DNA of 64,000 nt, from the NCBI GenBank assembly GCA_976551045.1, contig CDPCPM010000076.1, forward strand, positions 26,784,001 to 26,848,000. Reading direction: 5' to 3'. Of this stretch, positions 37,101 through 48,406 are shown one piece after another. Positions within the stretch are counted from its first letter, which is position 1, and every line of letters starts with the position of its first letter. The position numbers and the translations under genes are program-made. The DNA comes from Glaucostegus cemiculus (lineage: Eukaryota). The notes under the pieces were generated by a model. The model was not told the DNA's origin and made no database searches. It saw only the letters and a program-made list of their open reading frames with translations.

Positions 37101-38874
37101 GTAAGTGGACGCATAGTAGATTGTTAAATCTTTACATTAGCTCACTAGTAAATTACAACCATAACTTTCCAATTATGTAACTTAATCAGATCAATAAATG
37201 AACAAATTAAAATGAAACTTAAGGCATTATAATTCAAATAGGATTTCATGCATGTATTCTATAAACCAAAAATCTTCAAATTTTAAAAAGGATTGCAGTA
37301 GGATTGGATGTACCCAACGGGTCAGTTGCACCTGAAGAAATATCTTAATGCTGTATATACAAATCTTCCAAAAGATGGGGGTATTATAGGCCAGAACACA
37401 GAAAAAGATAGGCAAAGTTGGAAACATAAGATAGAAGTCATGTTTAAAAAACAATAAATAAGGCACAGAAAAATTACCTTTGAAGAAGTAGGAAAAACTG
37501 ATATAATTAGATGAGGAACTTTCTAAAGCAGATAGCAGAAAATGTAGGAAAGGCAGATCAGTACTAAATCAGTCTTAGGTTATTGTTGGTGTTGTAATCA
37601 ATTTCCTCCTCAGAGGAACTAATTCACACAATTTTTGTCAATGTGGCAACATACATCCACACAAATCTGTTAATATTTTATATACTAACCATTCATTTGA
37701 TGACAGATGAAAAGCTAATTACAATCAGCTTATCACATCCAAAGAGCATTTGATTCAGGCACCCAGGTTTATAGGAGAATGGGGAAAGGAATGAAGTGAT
37801 AGGTGGATGGGGGGAAATGAAAGGCAATGTCTTGCAGAATGCATTGGGGAGGAATTTATTAAATAACGCAGAACTTCCTTGTGGGGTGCAAGAGATCAAA
37901 GATGGAAAGGGCACCTTGGATGTTTGAGAAGACATAAGGTTAAGGATTGCAACAGAACTCATTGTAATGGAGGTTGAAATTGGGGCCTGGAGTGGAAAAC
38001 AACATTCCAAATATACATCGAAAGGTTGTTTTGGGATCTGCTCTTTTTTAGTCTAATAATTGCAAGCTCAAGTTTAAAGAGAGACACAAGATCACTTGCA
38101 AACAATGATCTGTTGAATGTATGCAATATTTGTCTACTCAAAATATTTTAACACTTTGTGCAGCTATTTTGATGTTTTAAAAATCCATTATAAGCATCAC
38201 ATTCAAATAATGCCTGTTTTAAGCACCTCTGTTTATATAGATAGGGTAGGAGGGCTGAAGATTCACACCCTGAGCTGTACCTTACATTATATACTAACAT
38301 GATAGTTATTGTATTTGTATTATCACATACACTTTCAGGGATCTGGATGGTAGAACAAGCCAGGTATTTTGCATGCAATTGTTTTCTGCAAGCTCCACAG
38401 AAATATGCCAGGATAGAAATAGACTCACATTTGCAAACTGGATTTATCCACCAATGGAGTTCAAAGCCAAGACCTCACTGAATACCTTTTCACTATCTGC
38501 AAGGTCCACATGTCCAGATGTGGAAGCAGGTTTGCCAACATGTGAAAGAATCCTGTGTGTTCAATTTGTTCACAAGACAACCAATGTTGTTAATAATAAC
38601 CATTCACAAGTGAAGCTCATGACAGGACAACCTGCAGGAGAGAAATGGAAAAGCAGGTGCTCAGGTTTCTCCAACAGGAACACCACAACCTTATAAATAT
38701 ACCTATGTTATGGTAATGCAGCTGAAGCAAAGACTGCAGTTAGCAGTGAACTCATGTAAAGGCTGTATTGCTACAACAGATCTTCCCCTCTTCGCGCAGT
38801 TACTTGGCATTTAATCAGAAGAATCATGTCCAGTTACATTACTGCATTGCCAAGGAAGTGGAAAGTATTCTCAT

Positions 38875-39640
38875 GATAACAATTCAAGCCATGTGTCAAT
38901 TTAGAGGGGGGATGTCCTACAAGGAAAATTTCCTGAGGAGAATTTAATTCTGTTATTCGCACCAATTTATTCAGAACAATAAAAGGTAATAGTTTTGAGA
39001 TACAATGAGTGCAGCATTGCAGCTAATGGAGCTGCTGCTTCACAGTGACAGAGACCCAGGTTCAATCCTGACCTTAGGAACAGTCAGTGTAAAGGTTGCA
39101 CATTCTCCCTGTGAGCACATGGGTTTTCTCTGGTGTTTTTCTTTCTTCAATTTTCTCCCACATCCAAAAGATGCGTGCAACCTCTTGTATAAGTGAGCGG
39201 TGAATATGGGGGTGGGGGGTGGTGTGGGTGGGAGCAAGTTGATGGGAATATGGGAGAGTAAAATGGGATCAGTCTAGGATTAATGTAAATGGGAGTTTGA
39301 TTATCGACACAACTCAATACGCTGAAGGTTGTATTTCTGTGCTCAATGACACAGTGACCCTATGAACCTGTAACAGAGGGAACAACAATTAAATGTGCAA
39401 GAGTGAAAAAGTCCTGCAAGAACTAACTCCTGACGAGAATTTAATTCTGTTATTCTTATTGAATTATTGAGCTATAACAAGCAGAGTGGTTCGATTTTGA
39501 CCTCCCGTGCAGTCTGCATAGAGTTTGCATGTTCTTCTTGTGACCCCGTTGGTTTCCAATGCATGCTATAGCAAGGATGTGATTTGAGTAGGAAGCCTCA
39601 TGAGTTTATTCTGAATAGTAAGTGTGGGCAGAGTAACACA
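38875..39640 (+). repeat. Old tandem duplication (~500 bp period) of unique flank plus V-SINE
   Basis: tcctgaggagaatttaattctgttattc (38931-38958) vs tcctgacgagaatttaattctgttattc (39428-39455). The flanks are also similar, and each unit is followed by V-SINE sequence (~39010 and ~39485). Confidence 0.7.
39010..39365 (+). mobile_element. V-SINE (HE1-like)
   Basis: gagctgctgcttcacagtgacagagacccaggttcaatcctgacc (B-box-like), V core ctcccacatccaaaagatgcgtg and CR1-like tail gctgaaggttgtatttctgtgctcaatgac. Confidence 0.8.
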
Positions 39641-40099
39641 TGCTGAAGAATGTTGCATGGAAAAATAATGCTAGTGTTGATGCACTCTAGATATTCAGGG
39701 ATAGAATCTATGGCAATTTGCATCACCATTCACTTTACAAGATATTCTCCTCTAATTCCATCAGGATCAATCACATTAAATGGAATAAACAATCTTAATA
39801 TTTCACATAGACTGACCTTTAATTTGTCCAGTGTTCCTTGGGGACAGAACAGAACTGAACAGCACTTAACAATCTAAAAATATCAATTGGAATTTAATCA
39901 CTGCTAATTGGAATCTAACTCCCAGTAGCGTTGTGAGACATAGCAAATCTGTATTAACTTAAATCACTTTGATATCATACTTCACTTGTACTGTCCAATC
40001 CAGTTAGTGAAAATACTTGTAAATTTTATTTTAAAAATATTCTTTACCATCCTCTTTTCATAATATACAATATGAACAAGTCAAGATTTAACCTTTAGT

Positions 40100-40335
40100 T
40101 TTTAAATTTTAAATTTTTAAATTTTATTTACAGCATGGTAACAGGCCCTTTCGGCCCAACGAGTCCAGGCCGCCCATTTTAACCCCCCAAATTAACCTAC
40201 CCGTACGTCTTTTTACAATGTGGGAGGAAACCCACGCAGACACGGGAGAACCTACAAACTCCTTACAGACAGCAACGGGAATCGAACCCCGATCGCTGGC
40301 GCTGTAACAGCGTCGCGCTAACCGCTACGCTATCG
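40100..40335 (-). mobile_element. Young CpG-rich V-SINE with intact Pol III A and B boxes
   Basis: Reverse complement: cgaTAGCGTAGCGGttagcgcgacgctgttacagcgccagcgatcggGGTTCGATTCCcgttgctgtctgtaaggagtttgtaggttctcccgtgtctgcgtgggtttcctcccacat...ggcctgttaccatgctgtaaataaaatttaaaaatttaaaa. Confidence 0.85.
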
Positions 40336-41234
40336 TTTTTTTATGTGTGGTTCGTGTTCTATTTACATTCAGTTCAGCATCCTTCCAAATTTTCTTCCAT
40401 TCTCACCTGTGATTCTGATATGCTTAGGTTTAGTTCCTGGAATTTTGACAGCAATTTGATATGCCACTAACTTGCTGTTTTTGTGTAATAACATGGACAG
40501 TGAATTCCCATTTTTCAATGGTTAGCATCACAGCCAAATCTCCTTTGCTTACATCTGAACTTAGAGCACATGGATATCTAAACCACTCCATACATTTTCA
40601 CTGACAAGGATGGCGACGTTGTCATTGTGAATCAGCCTGTACCCTGTGGGAATGGAAAACCAACTTTCCAGGTGAAGCGGTGATCAGCTTCTTTGAATTT
40701 AGTTTACTGTATTTGGGGCAATGAATGTTAGATCAATTGCTAATTTTTAATCTGTAATTGATATATTGTTAACTAAAGGTTAGAATAGAATAAGAAAGGC
40801 AGATAAATAATGTTAGTCACCAGTCAGCCACAAACTCATTAAGTGATGAAAGAGACTTGAAAATTTGAGTGGGCAACTATTCCTGTCTTTCCAGGCTTAT
40901 AGTGTTGTATACTCTGCACTGGGGAGGCCGAATGTAGACTGGGTGATTACCTTACTGAACACAACTATTCAGTCTGTAAGGATGATCCTACCTGACAGTA
41001 ACCCATCATTTTAATTCCCTGCCTCACTTCACTTCGTCCCTCACATTGGTGTTTATGAGAGCTTGGTGTGTATAAATAGGCTGCCATGTATCAACAGTGA
41101 ATACATTGAAGGAGAATTTCAATGGCTGTAAAGTTATTTTTGAAGATCATAGGTTGCAGTAGGTCCATGCAAATATGCCTTTGATATTTTTATGGATATT
41201 ATACAATCCTAAAGATAAATGTTGTGTTTTGCAG

Positions 41235-41447
41235 ACTGTATGCAGTAGGTGGCCGAGATGGCAGCTCCTGCCTACGATCAATGGAGTGTTTTGACCCTCA
41301 TACCAATAAATGGAGCATGTGTGCACCCATGTCCAAGCGAAGAGGTGGAGTTGGAGTTGCCACATGCAATGGCTTTCTTTATACTGTGGGAGGACATGAT
41401 GCCCCTGCTTCTAACCACTGTTCTAGATTGTCAGATTGTGTAGAACG
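41235..41447 (+). CDS. KLHL4: KLHL4 exon (Kelch 4-5)
   Basis: gtgttttgcag|A CTG TAT... encodes [70 protein letters not shown](R); donor CG|gtaaga; 213 nt, phase 2-2. Confidence 0.97.
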
Positions 41448-41883
41448 GTAAGAATGACCACGTTTGCCTTCTTTATACTCTAGCTTTATGCTCATTCCTT
41501 CCTAAAGGCACAGATACATGCTGTTGAATAATCCTGTTGACATCGAGGGATATCAGGAATTGAGAAACTGGGTTTTGATCGCAGTAAATTATAACCCAGT
41601 TATACAACATAGAAAAGAAAACTAACTGACAACATTTCATTGTTTGATGCATCTCCATCGGCTTTTCCTTTGAAGATCTCAAGTATCAGTGCAGGAGTTG
41701 CCACCTTATTCATTGTGTCTACATCAGTGTGAGCTCCAAATAATATCATCTTTAACAAAATACCAGCTGGATTTTTGTGTTTAATATTTTCTCTATTTGC
41801 TATGTGTTTATTTAATCTGAGATTGAATTTTATAAATGAAATGCTTTGAATATGTATGATTTTATAACAAGATTATCAAGAGA

Positions 41884-43229
41884 TGATAGCTCATGTTGTT
41901 CCTTTCTTGAAGGGGGGCAGCAGGGATAAATCAGGTAACTATAAAATGGAGAAAGTTATGCAGTGGTAGGGAAATTCTTTGAGAAAATCCCACTAGATTA
42001 GATTTATGTATATTTGGAAAGGCAGGGGCAGATCAGGGATAATCAGCATGTCTTTGTGTGGGAAATATCCTGCCTCACTAATTTGCGTTGTTTGAGGAGA
42101 TAACAAAGAGGAATGATGAAGGCAAGGAGGTAGCTGTTGTCTATAGGGATATTTATAAAATCTTTGACAAGGTTCTGTATGGCAGACTGGCCCAGAAGAT
42201 TAAGGCACATGATGCTTTTCTGATTGGAAGTCGGTGACCTGTGGCGTACTGTAAGTATTGGTGCTGGAACACCTTGTGTGTGGTACATATTAATGACTTT
42301 AATGTGAATGTAGGAAGTATGATTAGTAAGTTTGCAAATACCATAAATGTTGGAGATGTGGTGGACATCAAGGAAGATAGTCTAAGGCTACTGTCTATGG
42401 AACGTTGTGCAGAGCATTGGCAGATGGAAATTAATCCCATAAGGCGCAAGGAGATATATTTTGGGAAGTCAGATAGAGATTGGACATTTACAATAAATGG
42501 TAGGATGCTATAAAACGTTGATGAACAAAGAGACCTTAGGATATAAGTTCATAGTTCCCATAATGACCACACAGGTAGATAGGGTGGTAAAGGAGGCATA
42601 TGGCATGCTTGCCTTCATAGGTTGGGGCAATACAACAATGGGGATGAAATGTTGCAACTTTACAAAACACTTGTGAGACCACACTTAGAGTATTGTGTGC
42701 AGTTCTAGCTGCCAAACTGTAGAAAAGATGTTGCACTGGAGTAGATGCAGAGGAGATTCATCAGGACGTTAACTGGATTGAGGTACTTTAGACATGGAGA
42801 GAGATTTGATAGGCTGCACTTGTTTTCCCTGGAGCAAAGGAGGCTGGGGCATGACCTAATAGAAGTATATAAAATAATAAGAGTTTTAGATAGGTCGATA
42901 GTCAAAATCTTTTTCCCATGTTAAGGGTATCAAAAACAAGAAGGCATAGGTTTTAAGGTGAGAGGAAGGAGTTTTAAGGGGGATTTGATAGGAATCTTTT
43001 TCTTTACATAGAGAACGATTGATATCTGGAACTTGCTGCCAGAGGAGGTTGTGGAATCAGAAACAATAACTACATTTAAGTTACATTTTAACAGACACAT
43101 GAATGGGCAAGGCATAGAGAGATATGGTCTTAATATCAGCAAATGGGATTAGTGTAGATAGTCAAAAAGGTCAGTGTGAACATGGTGCGGTGAAGGACCC
43201 ACTTCTGTGCTGTATAAGTCTATGATTCT
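41884..43229 (+). mobile_element. CR1 LINE, ~1.35 kb 3' portion (RT to 3' end), decayed
   Basis: Remnants AHVVPFLKGGSRDKSGNY, SQHVFVWEISCLTNL, FDKVLYGRL and INDFNVNVGSMISKFANT correspond to CR1 RT motifs; 3' tail ctgtgctgtataagtctatgattct. Confidence 0.88.
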
Positions 43230-43793
43230 GCTACTTTTTCTGTAATGGGCTAGTCAAGTGTTTTAATACTAATGCTGAACCTTGTTAATTGAGTGTATGG
43301 GTCAGAGAACTGAATATGTGTGGACAGCATTTCCAATCCAGGCAATTATAGTCTTCTGGTATTTGAAGCCTCATTATGCAAAGTTACCCAAGTAGTGCCA
43401 ATTGTAAACTAACTAGCATCTTCTACAATTGCGTTATCACCTACTTCCTTTTGTATACAAGGCTATGTATTTAAAATCCGAACTCCAGTTTTTTTCCTCA
43501 TGACACTTCCCAATCACCATTTCCCAATCACCATTTAATTAACTGTAAGTGGTAATTTGTTTTCCATTCTCGTGATCAGATTATTTTCACTGTTTAATCT
43601 TCTGTCTATATATCATATTTGTATATCAGTGATTGAACAATAAAAATAAGTGTGCAAAAGTTTAAAAATGGGCAACATTGCTGAATTCATAAGCCAACTA
43701 GCATTATAATCATAAACTAGTATAATTGGTTCTGAGAATACACTGATAAGACTTCCATAGTTTTAAAAGCCATTCTCATTCTTAAATTTGTAG

Positions 43794-43965
43794 GTATGAT
43801 CCCAAAACAGACACCTGGACAACCGTGGCACCTTTAAGTGTTCCAAGAGATGCTGTTGGAGTGTGCCTTCTTGGGGACAAGCTTTATGCTGTGGGAGGAT
43901 ATGATGGACAGACTTACCTAAACACTGTAGAATCATATGATGCACAAAATAATGAATGGACAGAG
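43794..43965 (+). CDS. KLHL4: KLHL4 exon (Kelch 5-6)
   Basis: aaatttgtag|G TAT GAT... encodes [57 protein letters not shown]; donor GAG|gtaaca; 172 nt, phase 2-0. Confidence 0.96.
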
Positions 43966-44687
43966 GTAACAATATCAGGAAAAAGTAATAAAATGCCAGA
44001 TAAATGTGCAGTTAATTTAAGTATGCGATTTATCCAGAATTTTTTTAACAAAAAGGAATATCAAAGAATGTAGTATTTTAATGATACCTGTCATGGAAAT
44101 ATATCTATTTCTTAATAAGTTTTGAAAGCATATTTCAAATGCATCATCTGTATGGAGCAGATTGACTCTGGAACAGTTTCAACCTCTGCTACAGAGATCA
44201 CTACCCACAGTCTTCAATTCCAACATGGAGCAGTGTGCTGAAGGTCATAAGTATATTGAAAGGAGCATATCTTTTTATTTTAATTTCTGGGTACACTGAA
44301 TATTAGATACATTTATAACTCATTATCTGTGAAACAAAGAAATGATACCAAAGGTATGAAAGAAACACAAGGGTAAAACATTTGATTAAAGTCCTGACAC
44401 TGGAGACAAGCTCAAAATTGCCTTATCAAATGTAAATAAGAGCAATATTACTTGGAAACAATTCCATATTCGTGATGGTGTTAATCAGTGCTTGCATAAA
44501 TTAAATCAGGGCACAAATGCAAAGTGTGAGACTCTGACAGTCCAGAAGCTCATGATTAACTGCAAATACAACACACATTTGCAGCTAACTCTTCATTCAA
44601 ATTATTTTCCTCCCAGTTTGTGAGCATGAAATGGCAATGATGGCAATGACTATGAATGGTAAGAATGAGTTAGAGTGTAGAGTTATG

Positions 44688-44780
44688 GGATGTGAGTGTG
44701 AGTACAGAATGTCAGGATGTGAGCATGAGCACTGAATTACAGGATGTGAGTACAGAATGTGTGCAAGTGTGAGCACAGAG
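44688..44780. repeat. Degenerate minisatellite (~20-27 bp unit, ggatgtgagt...gagtacagaatgt)
   Basis: ggatgtgagtgtgagtacagaatgtca / ggatgtgagcatgagcactgaattaca / ggatgtgagtacagaatgt / gtgcaagtgtgagcacagag. Confidence 0.7.
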
Positions 44781-47700
44781 ACATCATCTTTGCAAGAGCA
44801 GAGTAATCAGGGTGTGTCAGGAGCTGAGGTGGGGAGACTGTTGCACAGTATTGCATAGATGGCAGGCAAAATTCATATTATGCTCACGTTGGAAGTAGTG
44901 AATGTTAATGACAGGCAATTAGATGGAGAAGGGGTGGGGCAATCAAGCTCTGTAGTGGATCTACACTCATCCAGACAAATGGAGACTCTTCTATCACACC
45001 TGTCATGCCTTGTACATGGCAGAAAGGTGAAAGGATCGTCTCACCACCTAAAAACACACATCCTGTATTTTGTGGTTGGTTCAACCTGTGGAAAGTGTGT
45101 GTTTGGACACTGCAATAATTCTATAGGCCGTGGTGGCTGAAGATTGGAATGGTTCAGCTTCACGCACAAATATTTATAAAGAAAAAGAAGTTATTTAGGT
45201 TCTGAGGAATGGCACTTAAGTAGTAATCAATCATCAATGAAAAATTACACAGAATTTACAGCACACAAAAAAAGACATTGGCCCAACCAATTAATGCTGG
45301 GATTAATGCTTCCAGTTTATTTCATCTCAGGTAATCTGTTCTTTTCTCTGAGATGTATTCTCCAGCTTCTCTTTAAATGCATCTCACTATTCACCTCAAC
45401 CACTCAATGGAGTAAGTTCTACACTTCCAACATCAAGTAAGGAAACTTCTGCAGAGTTTCCTATTAGTTTTAATAGTGATCCCCTTCCACTTCTGGCTTC
45501 TTTCAGAGCACACAGTGAAAACCATCTGTACATCTATTCTGTGGAAGTTCTGAATTGATCTGTATGACTGGTATGCAAGACAAGTTTTTCACTGTACAAG
45601 TAACTATAATAAACCAATACCAATCATTTTAAAACCCTAAGTTAGTTCATTGAAGATTATGGATCCTCTCTAGGAGATCTAAGATGTCCTTTCCTGGAAA
45701 ATGTTATCTTTTCCATTAAGATTACTTCTTTCCAGTTAATTTTAAGCACCTTTGCATTTTTACACTGTTAGATGATGGAAAAGAAAAATGTTTGGATATC
45801 AGTTGATCAGTTTGACCATCCATTCACCTCATGCGGTCTCAACTGGTTCTTGATCATAGTTCAGGGAGAAGAAACCTAATCCAAATGCCCACCCTTCAGA
45901 CAGTTTCTTCCTACAACTCCTTGTGTCAGGGACTCATATTCCCTTCCTAACCAATACAAATGCAATTATTCGTTCACCCTTTTTATTGAAGCAAGCACAC
46001 CTCTCTGATTTTCAGTTCAGCCTGGTATTCCTTTCTTGGCTAATTGGGTCAGTTCACTTTGGGAGCTTCTATTCAATCAGCCCTCTTCCCTTCTCATAGT
46101 GGTAACACCTTAGTTCCTTTCAAGCCTAAAATTCTACTCCCAATGTCTCCTTGTCCCCTTAAAGTGTGCCTCTTAGCATTTGCCCCCTTTCATCACCCCT
46201 TCCTCATTCCCTTCTCTCCTCACTTTTTACTGTGCTCTGATGTCCAGTCATTTATTCCTTTCTTCAATTTCAGTTTATCCTTTTCCTCTTCTTTTGTTGT
46301 TATCTATTCTTCTTATTAAACATGTCCACATGCTCCTTTCTATTTTGTATCAACAGCCATCCTTTCTGCCCACCACTAATACAACCAAGTACTGCACATA
46401 TCCATTCCTGCTGCTTGTGGAAGTGATTTGGCTACTGAATATAACAACTAAGAACTCCATCTCTTATGGGACATTCCACCTACCACATTCTGTAACTGGA
46501 ATCAACTGGACTTGAAGGTGGGGGGGGTGGGGGAGGGTTGAGAATTTGTTAAATCCTCTTGTGAAATGGTTGACAATGGACTAGTAAATATTGGCTAAAA
46601 ATGGTGGGGAAATACGGATAAATGTTGTGTAAGCTTTATATCTGATGTTAGCCCTGGTATTAATCTTAAGAAGGGAGAGTTTTGGGATATCAATGACAAG
46701 CTCTCAGGGCAATCAATAAAACTTATCTAAATAAAACCATGAAACTGAGGTGCTGCAAAGATCTTCCCAAATAACAGGAATTCACACTGAAAAAATCTGT
46801 AAGTTCTTTGAAGAAGAGCAATCTCAATGCAGTTCATATAACATCTGAATTGTGCTTCTCGGTGACATTCAGTTACATGAATTAGTATTTTTGTTCGTAA
46901 TTGAGAAGAGCAACATTGTCCAGCTGGGCAGTGAAAATTCTATTCAATCACCCAGAGAAATCTTTTGAAAGTAACTTGGGCAATTCAATAATTGCTATAT
47001 GGTCTAAGCTAAAGATTTATTTGCAGCAATATATTTCATTTGGACTCAAATCATAAGATTACACGGAAGAATCACACATATTTAAGGTAAATATTATTAA
47101 ATATTTTACTTGAAAAGTCTAGTTTTTCTTGCTGGTAGGGAAAAGAAATGCCAAATTATAGTGTATTTGTAACATGCACCTTTAGTTCAGTAGACAATAA
47201 AGTACATGTGAAAGTATGACTTAATACATTGGGATTTAGAGCAATAAAAACAGATTTAAAATTATAATGCAGAAATCCAGATCTCACAACATGATTCATG
47301 TACAAGTAGTTGCATGCTTGGAGAGATATATCTCTTGATTATCAGCTTAATAACTAAGGTTAATATAGGTAGCTCAATTTAATTGGATTATTCTTATACA
47401 GTATGTATTGCAATATTCTATTTATTTTAATAAAAGCTAGCTGTGTAGGGTATTTGACTCATCTAATGGACCAATTATGCCGCTTTTAGATCCACAACAT
47501 TAACTTGATGTCCATGAGCTTATCTACCTTTGTGAACTTGGACCAGGTTTAAAGGGTTGACCAAGCTGATGGTCTAGACCTGGGTGGTGTCTGATGAGGT
47601 CTCAGCAATGACTAGGATTCATATGATGTATCACTGAGGTCCTATCCTTGAAGGCACTGACAGGAGGCAGGGGTGATAGAGAAACTTCATCTTCTGTCAA

Positions 47701-48029
47701 AAGCTGCAAGGCTATTTAACAAAGTTTAAAAAAAAATATTACCCTGACTCAGAGATAATTAAAAACTTTGAAGATTTCAAAATTGAAATGATTTGCATGT
47801 TTAAAAATAAATTAAAAAATGAAACAAAGAAATAGTTATAACATTAAAACAAGATTAAAGTAAATAACTGACTTTTTTCCACCTAATCTTCAAGTCAGGA
47901 ATTCCAGCTGAAACAAAGAGAACTCCAATCCCATGTTGGGTCTGATCAGAGAGTCTGTGCTGGGGAGTGTAATGCTGGGGAATTCAAGCAATACAGGGCT
48001 CTGCATTCTGCTGTTGTTTTCCCTTTAGT

Positions 48030-48150
48030 ACTTCTTCAATGTACTTATGATTGGAATGATCTGTCTGAATGGCATGCGAATCAAAGCTTTTCACTGTATC
48101 TCAGTATATGCGACAATAATAAACCAATTGCCACTTACCAATTACCATTA
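48030..48150 (+). mobile_element. Non-LTR (Rex/L2-type) 3' tail fragment; second copy at ~45550-45625
   Basis: gatctgtctgaatggcatgcgaatcaaagcttttcactgtatctcagtatatgcgacaataataaaccaattgccacttaccaattacca vs gatctgtatgactggtatgcaagacaagtttttcactgtac...aataaaccaataccaat. Confidence 0.6.
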
Positions 48151-48346
48151 ATCTTCCTGTGAATTTTTGGTAGTGGACAGGCAACTCAATTTGGCTCGAT
48201 AGCGCAGCACCTATTGGGTTGGGAAGTCTCACACCAATGGTGAAAATCATAATCTAGGATTAAGGGATTGTTTTATAAACATGCAGCTTTAACCCTATAC
48301 CACCAATGTTTTTAGAGACATTCACTGATGTATTTCTCCCCTACAG

Positions 48347-48406
48347 GAGGTGCCTCTGAAGATTGGAAGAGCTGGAGCTTGTGTTGTTGTAGTGAAACTG
48401 CCATGA
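48347..48406 (+). CDS. KLHL4: KLHL4 last coding exon, not in the ORF track
   Basis: tttctcccctacag|GAG GTG CCT... encodes EVPLKIGRAGACVVVVKLP*, TGA at 48404-48406. The C-terminus matches recalled human KLHL4 (EVPVNIGRAGACVVVVKLP) better than KLHL1 or KLHL5. Confidence 0.93.
   Translation, partial: EVPLKIGRAGACVVVVKLP

Noticed and set aside
40270-40335. tRNA-like A/B boxes as a tRNA gene
   Set aside because: It continues directly into V-domain and LINE-type tail sequence and lacks a complete acceptor stem, so it is a SINE head.
43966-44073. ORF read-through past the Kelch 5-6 exon (VTISGKSNK...EYQRM*) as an alternative C-terminus
   Set aside because: A canonical donor at 43966 and a well-matching terminal exon at 48347 explain the gene. 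The read-through has no Kelch similarity and would leave the propeller unclosed. The same applies to intronic extensions of the ORFs at 14066, 29259 and 30302.
44688-44780. Spaced repeats resembling a CRISPR array
   Set aside because: Eukaryotic intron, degenerate adjacent units, no unique spacers and no cas genes: a minisatellite.
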